Positions 12,168-24,235 of a stretch of 64,000 bases of DNA are shown piece by piece (the first letter of the stretch is position 1; each line of letters opens with the position of its first letter). The DNA comes from Geosiphon pyriformis uo1 (taxonomy: Eukaryota > Fungi > Glomeromycota). The notes beneath the pieces were generated by a model. It searched no databases. It was not told where the DNA came from and worked only from the letters and a program-made list of their open reading frames with translations. The stretch lies in contig JAAOMT010000183.1 of the NCBI GenBank assembly GCA_016748015.1, positions 1-64,000 of the forward strand. Direction: 5' to 3'. The position numbers and the translations under genes were made by a program.

Positions 12168-13190
12168 TCAAATTTTTGAAGTTTCTTCAAAATATATTAA
12201 ATCTTTTTTTGTTGCTGAGACTTTCTTATTGCATTGTGTAGGATTTCTCGTACCAACAGCTTTTGAAAGCTTTTCCCAATTTTCCCCATGCTCTTTCATT
12301 GCTTTATAGAGAGCCTGTATTTCATCTTGGTTCCAAGGTCCCATATTACAATTCTTTTGAAATCGCGGTGAATAACGAACATAGCTTTTTATGCTTCCCA
12401 GGGTACGTCTAGGTAACATTCTCATCATTTCGTCCCAATCTTGCCCACACTCTTCAAGGACCTTTGCCAAATTTTGATTTTCCTCAATTGTCCAGGGGCC
12501 TCTTTTAATTCCTGGAGCCAAGCAATTAGTATAACGCCAATAAATTTGATTACAAGGTCTTTCAAGAACATCACTAATTTGCGTCCATTTCCGACCATGT
12601 TTTTCAACAAGTTTGATAAGTTTCTCGTCCTCTTCGTTTGTCCATCGACCACGTCTCGATTTTGCTAGTACAATACGATAATGACCTCTTAGTGAATATC
12701 CACTTTTGTGGGGGAATTTCCCTGTAGAAAATATTTCATTCCAATTAACAGGACCACCATCATATTTTTTTACTGCTAATTTTAGTTCTGTGTCCTCTTC
12801 AGGTGTCCATTTTGGAGTTTCAAAATACGAGTCATTATTAATTGCCCCACTATCTTTGAGCATACTCCATTGGTAGCCTAAAGATCTCGGTTTTCGAACC
12901 AGAAGATATTTTTCTGCTATAAGTTTCCACTTTGAACCATGTTGCTTCTGAGCTTCGATCAAGGCCTTTTTCTCATCGATACTCCATTTAGGGTAAACTT
13001 TTGACCCAAATATTTTACTTTTATCATTATTTGGTTCTGTATAATTTGGTGATTGTTTTTGTTCATACGAAGACAGGAAACTGCTATTACTGCTAATAGG
13101 ATGATTAAGGAGCCGAGAGGAGTTGCCATAAATTCTGGAACTAAAAGATTTTTGCTGGTATCCAAAAGAAAGTGTTCTGTTGCCGAACAT
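12168..13190 (-). CDS. Five-repeat Myb/SANT DNA-binding protein, intronless
   Basis: Repeats begin WSIDEK, WTPEED, WTNEED, WTIEEN and WNQDEI, each with a G..W..I/L helix-turn-helix pattern. First ATG is at 13190; the ORF track starts at an upstream GTG. Confidence 0.9.
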   Translation of the reverse strand: MFGNRTLSFGYQQKSFSSRIYGNSSRLLNHPISSNSSFLSSYEQKQSPNYTEPNNDKSKIFGSKVYPKWSIDEKKALIEAQKQHGSKWKLIAEKYLLVRKPRSLGYQWSMLKDSGAINNDSYFETPKWTPEEDTELKLAVKKYDGGPVNWNEIFSTGKFPHKSGYSLRGHYRIVLAKSRRGRWTNEEDEKLIKLVEKHGRKWTQISDVLERPCNQIYWRYTNCLAPGIKRGPWTIEENQNLAKVLEECGQDWDEMMRMLPRRTLGSIKSYVRYSPRFQKNCNMGPWNQDEIQALYKAMKEHGENWEKLSKAVGTRNPTQCNKKVSATKKDLIYFEETSKI

Positions 13191-13365
13191 AATCTTGTAT
13201 TTGGTTAACACAATCTAAGTTATATAAGGATTGAACCAAAATATCACCTTAGAAATATTGAGGCTTGTTCAAAAAGAATCAAAAACTGATCATGACCATA
13301 ATTTAGGATTACTGATGATCCTTATCTGCATGCCTTTTAAAGATTTGCATAATAATGCCTAACTT

Positions 13366-13956
13366 CTCAAAGAGGATCTTGACATATAAGCTCGTCAGCC
13401 AAATTTGGCTCTGGCGTCAACTTCAAGCGCCAGGGGCTTAAGACCTTACTGGAATAATCAAGCCACGGGAGTTGCCACTATGATTGACTCTGCCTATTGG
13501 AAAAAAAAGCTCAAAGGAAAGGCATTGGTCTCTTCTTTATAATGCTTTGTGATTTTTACTAGCTCAGAGACGTATTGAGAATGTGGTTCTTTCTTCTGTA
13601 AGGCTTGAGCCGACTCTTCAAGATTTACATGTTTCAAGTATGAGAGTAGTGACGGTTTTTGAGTTGACCGCTAGTATTCTCTCATTTCTGTCAGTAAAAA
13701 AACAGCAGCTATTGAAGCAATGGATGGGCTTGAAAAATTTTGTTTTTAAAAACTGTGGTGGGATGAAGCAAAAGGCGTCGCAAAATTATGAACAAAGATG
13801 GTTAAACCTATGACGTTTCAACAAAAACGTCTTCTTTTTAATGATGTTTCGGGTATCTGGGGTTAAGAGCCTCTTTAAGAGGTTGCTTAGGCTCGGCTCC
13901 TGCCAATAGCACAGATGAAGTGATTAACTAAGCATTGGTTGTGCGAAAGAAAGTTG
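13366..13956 (+). mobile_element. IS607-family element relic (serine recombinase TnpA fragment; possible TnpB/Fanzor2 traces and omega-RNA-like tail)
   Basis: 13407-13454 translates GSGVNFKRQGLKTLLE. It is preceded, across frameshifts, by KEDLD and YKLVS and followed by HYD*LC. This matches IS607 TnpA QKxDL..DIGSGLNFKRKGLxxLLE..VAHxDRLCR. Weaker TnpB-like words follow (QQLLKQWMG, KNVFFLM), then a self-complementary tail. Ends approximate. Confidence 0.7.
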
Positions 13957-14699
13957 TTAAACGTAATGCATAACGACAACCAGGTTCATCAACACATCAT
14001 CTTTCTTTTCAACCTCTTAAGGCACCATAAAAATTCGTGCTCAGAATTTACCAAGTTACCTTGGAATCGCTTCCGAGCAATAATAAATTTTTACTTTTTG
14101 ATTTTTATGATATTTTTATTTTTAAGGATAAACACGTATTATGGCCTCCACTTTGGAAAAAACTTGAAAATAACAAGTGGCCCAATACACACAAGATTAC
14201 ATGTGATGGCAAGCTCATTTTATTATCGCAAAACTAATGAGACACAGTCTCCATAGATGTTGGCATTCGCACTTCGCTTACATGAAAAAAATATACTCAA
14301 TTTTAAAAATTACAAATACAATTTTCCAAAACTTTTGTTGTATAGTTTGTTATTATATTAAATTTGAATATTTATAAGCTCTTGCCATGAAAATTATTAT
14401 TTTTTGATAAAGCTAAGAGTAAATATTATTAGTGTTTAGAGTTTTTAATAATTAATTTACCATAAAACCCATTATTAACAAGTTGCAAAAATTTGAAAAT
14501 CATTTTGCAATTTCAGACAGTGAAAGTCTATTCAGAAAAATTAATTGGGTTTTATTATGGTTTTAGATCGGGTGTTGAACCCTGCTTTAATGAAAATTGA
14601 ATTTAATCATTGAGTAGTGGAAAACTTAAAATTTGTTCTTTGAAAAATTGCCTTTAATTGTTTTTTAATCATTCAAAAAGTCAATTTATCTAGCCTACT

Positions 14700-15470
14700 T
14701 AGGAAATTATAGCATTGTCTTGAATTTCTTGTGCCAACAGCTTCAAAAACTTGTCACCAATTTTTTCCATACTTTGAGCATGCCTTCTACCTAAACCGAT
14801 TTCCATGCTCCAATGTCAAAAATTTTTTGTGCTCAAAAAAATGTCGTTTAATTATTGGCAGAGACCGTCCAGGTAATAATTTTTCAGCTCTGTCCATACA
14901 TTTCTGAAGCTTTCGCTAATTTTTGGTTTTCTTAATCTGTCCAGCGGCCTCTTTTCTTTCCGTAGTCAGATAATTTGTATAGCATTGTTATGAAAGCTGG
15001 TGAGGTCTGTGAAGAACGTGGCTTATCGTTGCTCATTTTGAACCATGTATTTTAACAAGATTTACTAATTTCTCATCATCCTGCTTGGTCCATGGCCTAC
15101 GTCTCGATTTGATTAATACACTATAATAACGGTTGACCAATTCTGTTAGGAAATTTGCCCGTCGATAATATATTTTTCCAATTGAATTGCTTTTTATAGG
15201 TTTTTGCTACCTCTAATTTCACTGGATGCCCATACCATTTACTTTAAGATTGAGATTATTAGGCTGCTCGCCATGAGATAATTCCATTGTAAGCCGTATT
15301 GGCTTTATGTTTTTAATTAACGTTTTTTTTCTTCGACACTCAACCTTGGAATATTTCGGGGAAATATATACTTTACTTTTACCTCTCTTCTGTAATGTGA
15401 GATAATTTTCTTTGCTCCAATAGAGCAAAGAACAAACTTTCAGTTGCCAACAAGAAATTTTAGGAATAAG
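14700..15470 (-). pseudogene. Myb-repeat pseudogene, tandem paralog of the 12168-13190 gene
   Basis: Colinear remnants: PRLSVEEKKTLIK, FNWKNILSTGKFPNR, LIKSRRRPWTKQDDEKLVNLVKIHGSK*, KKRGRWTD*ENQKLAK, YGKNW*QVFEAVGTRNSRQC. Multiple stops and frameshifts. Confidence 0.85.
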
Positions 15471-16872
15471 CAATTTTTCAATCACATGAGTGATCGAAGA
15501 TCACGGTTTGGTTTGATTTATATTATTATGATCCTGTACATCTTATTGGTCACGACTCTACGAGTACGGTAAAGACGCGTTCATCTAACTCACCAAATCC
15601 GAAATTTTGAATTATCAGATCAATTACAATTAACCCAATTTAATTCCTTGAACTTAGTTTAATATTATTAAATTTAAATTTGAATTTGAATTTTTTATCT
15701 AAAATATTTTAATTAATAAAAACATTTTGTATGTTAAATTAATTAAGAAATCTGAAGCAATAAATTTTATTATTTATAAGTTCTTTATTTTTAAATAATT
15801 CATGTTTTTTCATTTTGATTTTTCTTAAAATATAATAACAATTTATTAGATTATTTGAAAATTATTAAAAATTAAAAATTTATTTTTAATTTTATAATTG
15901 CAAATTACAAATTAATACAATCATTAATTCACAAATGTCTTCAAAATTTTTTACATTTTAATAAATAATTAAATGATTTTATTTCTGATAACCATTGTAA
16001 AAGTATTTTATTTAAGATTTACAAGTTTCTTGAACATTAAAAAAATGGTCTTAAGTTTTTTTAAATGCATTATTTAATAAAAATTATAACATTTAAATAA
16101 GAAATTCAAATATAAATTCAATGTTTTTGTCATTAAAACATGAACATATTAAAGATTTCAGCATAAACTTTAAAAATGGCTACATTCTGTGATTTTACAC
16201 TGAAAATGTTCTTTTATAATTTATGACATTTTTCCTCTCCATTGAAAAATAGCCGGTCTTTGAGATTAGATCTCAATCTCAAGTTATAAGAAACCATCCC
16301 AAAATTGAAAGCATCAGTTTTTGGCTAATCCAAACGGCACATCTCAAGCCATAAAGTCATTGCGACATACATACTTTAATGCCACTTCTTGGCTCCGATA
16401 GATTCACCCAAGTAATTTTCTCAGCCCGCCTCTTGAGCAATTCATCTGGCCTTAAACAAATTCCAAGTTGTGCGCCCTGAGTCCATAATATGAAGACTTT
16501 GACTTGATAAATATATTATGTGTGCGTGCGGACTTGAAAAGATTCTACACTAAAATTTTAACAAATTTGGTAAAAAATATTAAAATGTATACAATATGAA
16601 CTCAGTATACAAATTTTTTTGTATCAATTAAAAATTATTTTATAAATTGAATCTATAGGTATACTAATACATCAGAATCGAAAAAAAAACAAAATTTCCA
16701 TAAGATTATCTGTTCAATCCGCGATACCCAAATTATTTAGTCCCACTGACCCCAATAAATAAAAACTTTGCCCTCCCGCGATTAAATTTTCAAATATTTA
16801 ATGTAATATTCCCAATATATAATACTGATTATAAATCAGAAATAAACTTGCCTCTTGAATATTGGCCTTGTT

Positions 16873-18024
16873 TCATTCTCGTGCCTTTCTACGTTCAATG
16901 CCTGATATATTGACATCGATTGTGGTAAGAACGGCATCCCATGCAATGAAAATTTCGGAAAGCGTATTCACCTAGATTTGGAGATTTTGAGTGAAATTCA
17001 ATATATTTAGGGAAAACAATAAGATCCTTCAAAAAATGGTGGCGTAAAGAAAAGGATACGATCCCATTGTATCGGTCCAATAATTGTGTTATGCGAGCTG
17101 AAACTTCATTTGTTTGAGCAACTTGATCAACGTGGTTAGCTTCTATAGGTGTCAGCATCGGGAAAAGTCTTTCGAAACCTGTTTTCAAGCAGAAGTATAA
17201 AATAGATTTTAGGGGGATTTTTATTATTTCTATTCCTTTATTTACCTTTAAATTCCTCGGCATCAATTATCCCCTGCAATTCATCAATTTGTTTAAGATT
17301 TTCTGCAACAGCAATCAGATCCTCATGCGATGCAGTAATTATTTCAGCTTTAGCTTCAGGTGTCAAAATTGCGCGTTCCATTTCTATTGTACCTTTGAAT
17401 GGTGAAACATAATCCGAAGCCTGATCATCTATATAAATTGTAAAGGCAAGATAGATATCATGAGACAAGGAAATTATTAATGGATGTTCAAAATCATCTC
17501 GACCACAATTGCTTACACTGCTTAAAGAACGCTTTCAAGCCATCTTTCTCTCTAATAATAGCTTGAAACTGTTTCTCAATCTCATCTACTCGTTTCAACA
17601 AGGTCAAATTGCTTTTTGATTTTTCATGAATCGCTGCTTTCTTGGTAATCAGATCAAATCCAAACACACTTTTCTCCAAATGATGTACGCGAAGTTCAAA
17701 TGCATTCCAAGATGTAGTCTCTGCGATAGTATCTTCGGCGTTCACCATATTGGAAGGAGCCGTTATCTTTTCAGGATGTACTTCTTCACGTGTGACGTAG
17801 GAGCCGGCTTCAGAGTAGGCGTATAAATCGGAATCCGAGTTATACGATGACGGGTGAAAAGTACTAGTATAATTATTTTTAAAAGGGATTTCTGCCCAGT
17901 CGCCGTCTTGAGTGCCCCTTATTGTCCCGTTCGCGATTCCGTTGGCAGTGTGAATGCTCGTTAATAACAAATTCTTTTGGTCTTCTAATATAGAAAGTCG
18001 TTTGACTATCTCCGAATTTTCCAT
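16873..18024 (-). CDS. Dynactin subunit 3 (p22/p24)-like protein
   Basis: Spliced product: FELRVHHLEKSVFG..LLKRVDEIEK..ILTPEAKAEIITAS..LKQIDELQGII..HVDQVAQTNEVSARITQLLDRYNGI|VNTLSEIFIAWDAVLT..ERRKARE*. This is the DCTN3-family pattern. Confidence 0.75.
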
Positions 18025-18540
18025 GGCATATCGGATTTTCCCAGGATTTCTGAGGTGCCTTAAAATCGCGTTTAAAAGTAGTGGAGCGGGTTTTAAAGAG
18101 TTTTTATACTAGTATTATCAAGGAGTGAATAAAAAAACGTCACTCGCCGCAGATTATAACATTATCGAAAATAAAAGCATTTCTGGCTTTTGAACCTAAT
18201 TTTTGGTGCTTCATTGTGTTCCACTGCAATACATTGTTTAACTTTAGGGTCCACCAAAGAAATATAACAATTTCTACATCCAAAACAAGAAATAATATTC
18301 TCTTGTTTTCTATTTTTGGGATGTCCTGAATGCAATAAAGTTTACATAAAAAATATTATAAAATGATTTTTCGAAATATAAAATATAATGAATTTCAAGC
18401 CAAAGGAAAAAAGCAAAAATAATCAATGAAATCAAAAACTGTTTTCAATTTAAGCATTAATGCCAAGAAATTCATTCATCAATGTAACTTATGATTATTA
18501 AGCTTTAAAGAACCCCAAGGAGATCTCAAATTGATACAAC

Positions 18541-19641
18541 TCAGTATGGAGAGAAACCTGCACGTCTGCCTCTATATAATCGAAAAAAAATCTAATTAAA
18601 ATTTGATCTATATGGAATACGAAAGAATTTCAAAGGGAATTTAAGTACCTTGGGCGACCTCTAAAAGCTGGAGTATAATATGCTCCATGCCCGAAATATT
18701 GCGCACCTGCTCCTCGCCAGCCAGCCCTGCCCCGGGCTCTGATTCCTCCTCTATTGAATCCAGGAATGTTGGTTCGCTTTGACGTAACCTGTGATAAATA
18801 TGAAAGTTTAATCAGAAAATCAACCATGTATTATTGAATTAACCATAGAGCAGTATTACCTTAATCTGTCGCCCATGCAAAAGGGTGTCATTGAGCGCCA
18901 TTGCATTAGCGACCAAGGAAGGATCTGCAAATTCAACATAGGCATATCTAGGTGATAAAAAAAGGTAAAAAATAAGTTCAAATAGAAAATAATGAATCAA
19001 GGTTATATGTGCCTAATTACCCTTTTGGATGCCCAGTCCATTTATCGCACAAAATTGTGACTCTATTTATCGTACCACATGATTGAAAGTGCGCCTGAAG
19101 TTCTTCTGGGGTGGCGCTGTAATCAACCTGAGAAACAGATGTTTATATGACGAGAACGTTAAATTATCAAGAAAGATATTGCATATACACTATAAAAAGT
19201 TCAAAAACTAAGAACATAAAAATAAGCTCATCAAAATTATAAGTACATTGCCAACGTAAATTGATCGAGCATCGATTGCCTCCTTTTCTTCTAATAAAAG
19301 CAAACCAAAATTAATATATAATATTTCTTCAAAAAAAATTATCACCTATACCTTCAGTTGAAGTCAAATTCATCTCTTTCTCCACTGCAGCTTGCATTTC
19401 ACGCAACTTCGCAGCCTCTTCTTCCATTTCTTTCACTCGTTGCTTCATAGCCTCAAGCTATCAAAAGGAATCAAAATATATTTGACTTAAAGAGAATTTA
19501 TAATATTAAGAAGGCATCAACATTATATAGCTATGTTACCGCTTCAGCATCTTCTGGATGGCCTTCTTCATTTTGATGCTCCTGATGTTCTTGATGTTCA
19601 TCATTTTCGTCGGTAATAACGGGTTTTTGGTCCTCAGTCAT
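18541..19641 (-). CDS. PAB2: Nuclear poly(A)-binding protein 2 (PABPN1 orthologue)
   Basis: [22 protein letters not shown] coiled coil; [12 protein letters not shown]|[36 protein letters not shown]|YAYVEF; KRTNIPG and an RG-rich tail ending [10 protein letters not shown]. Six GT-AG introns. Confidence 0.95.
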
Positions 19642-20518
19642 TGTATTATAAGAAATGGAGGGGAAAAGGCGGCAAGAGTATTCCAGCTGAAGACAGATCG
19701 GGAGATGGGAGTTCAAAGGGGATTTTTCAGTTCCATAGATCAGACACCAAAGAAAGGTCGATCAATTGGGTTTATAAAATTTCCGGCATGTTAATATAAA
19801 GCCAACTAGAATTCTCTATATATCAAGAGGCCATGACACTAGGATCTTGAATTGTGTGATGATGAGGGGAATCCTCTCAAGTCGTTGGTTTGGATAGATT
19901 CAAATAAAGCGCCATTGACAAAATTTTCAAAATCAACTTGTATCTGAGCAGCCTTTATTGATCGGCTTATAATATCACCACTAGAGCAACCCAAGGAAGC
20001 GCAGAGGTAAAGGGAAGAATAAACCCCAAAAAACCAAATAAAAAAGAGAAAGGTTAAAACACTCAAAGTGACCAAGACATACCAAATCTCGATGATAATT
20101 TAAAACACAAGACTGGTTTTTTTTTTTGCTTGATATCGTTCGATTATTTTTTTTGATTCCTATTTATTTTTTTAAGTTTTTTTCGTTATTTTTTTGTTTT
20201 TTTTTTATTCTTCATCTTTAGAATAGGTTTTTATGAGAAAAACGAGATCAAATATTTAACAAGAGGACTAATGGAAGAGTAATTTGCAAACCTTTTGATA
20301 AGCGGAAAGTAGACAGGCTGTGATCTGCAAAGAATGAGTTCAAAGTAATCTATTATATTATGAATAATGCAGTGTAAACACGCCGATCGCTGCTTGATTG
20401 GATATGATCGGGGGTTCCCGCTTCAAAATCTTGGATGCCAGCAGTTAACATTACATGACGATTTCGAAATTTATTAGGTGGAAAAATTAAAAACGATCTA
20501 CATTCGGAATTTTCTCGT

Positions 20519-21919
20519 TTAATCAATATTTAATAATAACTTCATACGGTGATATACTGTAAACGAAATGGCAACCATTGGGGTCACCTTCAAATATCCA
20601 ATGCTAAGCCCCACATAAAAACCCCTTAACCCATTAGTGATCCAAATTGTCCTTGTAGTCTCCCAAATACTCACAAATTTTGTTGGATCCCGTGTCCCAT
20701 AAACTTGCATTCTTCGCCTAATCACCTCAAAAGGATAAGAAACAGTTTGTGATACAGCACCTGCCACACCACCAACTACCAACTCTGCCCATGTTTTCAA
20801 AGGCGCTCGCCTTACTTGACCTCTACTATCTAATTTTCCGGCTGCTAATGATGGGGCTGTAGTTAAATCGGCTAGAGTTGTTCGACAAAAATTAGTCAGC
20901 CAGTGGTGCGTTAAAAACGAAACACCCGCATATGGAATCATTCCTAGTATTGTAGGAATTAAACCACGATAGAAATTCATGATTGGAAGATGGATAAATG
21001 GAGCACGAGCTCCCGCAGGTTCATTGTAAATTTGTTGACAAGTTGATGTTATCCCCACGCGAATTTCTCGTCGAACTTCAAAAGCTAAACGAACACGTAT
21101 TAGCTCTAGTGGGTATGTACATAAAACTGACGTGACACCTTAAAAAATATAAGTCGAGTTAATAAAGTTAAAATATCATAAAAAAATGCATATTTTCATT
21201 ATTATTCTGATACGCAAATCTACCAGCCAAAGATCCTGCTATAAATTGCCTTGCAGAAGTTTCTTCTTCTCTTCTTGGCATTAATAACTGCTCAAGGAGA
21301 AAAAGTCTGATTCATGAGCCTTGATTTTTATTTTTTTTAATTAAAAGCATTATTCTTGAATCTTTTACATGACAAAATTGTTCATATGCAACAAACTTGA
21401 TAGCAGCATATGGGAAAATTCGAATCAAAGTAGCCGAATGTCCTTGAAAAAGTCCTCGAAGCCCAGTTGTTTTATATATCTCTCGACTAGCTATGAACAC
21501 GCCAGTCCACGTTCCTAGAAAAAGTTTAACTTTCCCTTTTAAATTATTTCTATGACTTTGACCAAACTGTGATAAATCAATCCATACCTGCATATCTTTG
21601 ATATTGTGGGCTACTAGTTTGAAAAAGTATTTTGACCCGATCGAAAGGGGCTACCACAGATTTGGCCTATTTGAAGCACAGGTATAAAAGAAGTTGGAAA
21701 TTCTCTGTATGTTTGGAAAAGCAAACATTCGGCACTTCCATTTAAATATAAAATTCTTACCATGGAACCAGCAATCCCGCCTGCCAATCCAGAGCGTAAT
21801 GTATAATTCATACTGTGTTTATCGTGAAATGGTGCAACTATAGCCTCTTGTATTACATCAAGATCTCTTTCTTTGGGGAGGTTTTTGGTAACTTTAAAGG
21901 GCTTATCGGCTATCGACAT
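20519..21919 (-). CDS. LEU5: Mitochondrial carrier, CoA transporter family (LEU5/SLC25A16-A42)
   Basis: AGGIAG, three PX[DE]XX[KR] carrier signatures (APFDRVK, YPLELIR, YPFEVIR), [62 protein letters not shown]. Confidence 0.9.
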
Positions 21920-22140
21920 TGTAGAAACTCTTAAAAAACGTATGATAATTAATAAAGCTTGCCGATTTTCAACCTAATCAACAAGTCACAATGGATAATC
22001 AATTCAGGTTAGTTCAACGGAAATTATTGCACATGACAATGTACATATTTATTTCATTTTTAGCAGACCAAATCTTCATTTTTAGCAGACCAAATCGTCA
22101 TTTTTTATTCTTGTTACCCACAGCCAAAGATCGTTCAAAA
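21920..22140. promoter_or_regulatory. Short divergent intergenic region (probable bidirectional promoter) between LEU5 and NMNAT
   Basis: 221 bp between head-to-head start codons; contains a perfect 22-bp tandem duplication at 22053-22096. Confidence 0.5.
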
Positions 22141-23562
22141 ATGGCTACTTATTTGTTAACCTCGCCTAACCTCTCCCCCTCAGCTACTGAATTGGAAGAA
22201 GACCCGCCAAACCTGAAATATCAACCCACAAATTCAGAAGATTATTTCTTTCCGACCCACAGACTCCTTCAAACTGTGCAAGGTAAAATGGGGACATAAA
22301 GAGTGATCTGTTTTTTAGCCCAAATACGACGGAGCTTGAGGCTCTGGAAATTTATTTACAAATTTCTCGAATTTTTTGACTTCTGTTGCTCAAAACATTG
22401 TTTTTCCTTTTTCGCAATTCTTATATCATAATAAAGGAAAAAGTAAATTTAACTTCATTTTAATTACTTTTTCCAATATCTAAACCAAATTAGATCCCGC
22501 TAAAAAACCACTTGTCATAGTAGCTTGCGGTTCTTTTTCCCCTATAACCTACCTCCATCTTCGTATATTTGGTTTGTCATGAGTCTGCTTTTTAAAAATA
22601 ATATTCCTTCTGCCTCAATTCTTTTTTATTACATATATTCATGATTAAAGAAATGGCCCAAGATTATATAAGGGAGAATACAAATTTTGAAATTCTCGGC
22701 GGCTACTTCTCACCAGTCTCGGACTATTATCAAAAAACAGGGCTTGCCCCCTCTCATCATCGTGTTAGAATGTGTGAAATGGCCGTTGAACGGACATCTA
22801 GTTGGCTAATGGTTGACGCATGGGAAAGTCTTCAAAAGGACTATACTAGAACAGCTTTGGTCTTGGATCACTTTAATGAATATATAAATATTAAGGGAGG
22901 CGGAGTGAAAACTCAAGATGGTAATTTATAATTTGCAAATTTTTTTGCTTTTGTAACATTTTGTTCAATAAATATCCTCTCAATAAACAGGAAAATTACA
23001 TAAGGTTAATATAATGCTACTTGCTGGTGGCGATTTAATAGAATCTTTTAAGGTTCCCAACCTGTGGGATAATAATGACGTAAGAGATGAAATTTAATTT
23101 TTTTAAAATAAATAATAGTTTAAATTTATTTATTTATTGTCATGCATTTCATATCACCATTATAGCTTCATCATATTCTTGGTAATTTCGGATGTTTAAT
23201 AGTGGAAAGGACAGGTGCTGATGTTTGGGGTTTTCTACTATCGCATGACATTCTATACGAGCACAGAGTGAGCCATCAAAGCTGTTTCCTGAATTTCCCT
23301 GAATCTATAACTGAACTGATTAGTCTATAGAAAAATGTATGCGTCATTAAACAGTTGATTTATAACGACATCAGCTCGACCAAAGTGCGGTATGTTTTAA
23401 GAAATTATTCTGCTATTGCTAAATAACGAAGATCTATCATTTTCTCTAAATTACTGATTAATTTATTCTTTAAGCCTTTTTGTCAAGAGGGAAATGTCAA
23501 TAAAATATCTACTCCCAAACTCAGTAATCAAATATATTCAACATCACGGACTTTATAAGTAA
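22141..23562 (+). CDS. NMA1: Nicotinamide/nicotinate mononucleotide adenylyltransferase
   Basis: PLVIVACGSFSPITYLHLRIFEMA, GGYFSPVSDYYQKTGLA, WLMVDAWES, MLLAGGDLIESF, LIYNDISSTKVRLF, SIKYLLPNSVIKYIQHHGLYK*. GT-AG introns. Confidence 0.95.
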
Positions 23563-24235
23563 TCGTTGCTAACTCTGATCTTCGGGTTTACAGGTGCGTA
23601 AATTTTCTTTGTTTTTTCAAGCTAGTAATTCAATGAAAGTATAGTGTGTGTGCCTTGACCACTCCTGGGAACCCTTTTTAACCAAACTTGAGTGATATAT
23701 TAAGTCAAAAATTGAAATCAGATAGAGGGTCAATTTAGTTGTTCCACATTAATTAATTAACCTTGACCGCAAGACTCTCAATCAACAGAAGTCAGATGAA
23801 TACACTACTCGAAAAAGGATAGACTTTGTTCGTTATCTCCTGATTCTCGAGATACCGAAATTCACCACACTTAAGACCCCGAATTATTTGAAACGATTGT
23901 ACGTAAAAAAATTTTTATTAAAAAGCTTATGATTTATTCAAATATCGAATATCAAATAATATATTTAAATATTTAAATTAACATTTCCAAATATGAAAGT
24001 AATATTTTTTTAATTAATTTTATTTGTAACTAACTTTGTTAAATAACTTTTTATTAAATTATTATTATTATTCAGTAAATATTTTTGTAAGATAATCATT
24101 AATCTACTTTATTAGATTTATTGTTGCATTCAAATTCAGATCTACAATTAAACTCAATTAATGTTTATATTCGTATATTAACATTTCTATCGTTTCTTGT
24201 CTATATATTCTATTTTATTTACAAACGACCAAGAA

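Noticed and set aside
13500-13670. Open minus-strand frame LLSYLKHVNLEESAQALQKKEPH.. as captured host exon
   Set aside because: About 55 codons with no recognisable family; cannot be distinguished from the antisense shadow of the + strand relic.
16250-16500. GC-richer patch with QEVALK on the minus strand (kinase-like)
   Set aside because: Single short motif with stops nearby; insufficient support.
19856-19950. Possible C/D snoRNA (GTGATGA...CTGA)
   Set aside because: Weak terminal stem and no rRNA-complementary guide that I could identify; such boxes occur by chance.
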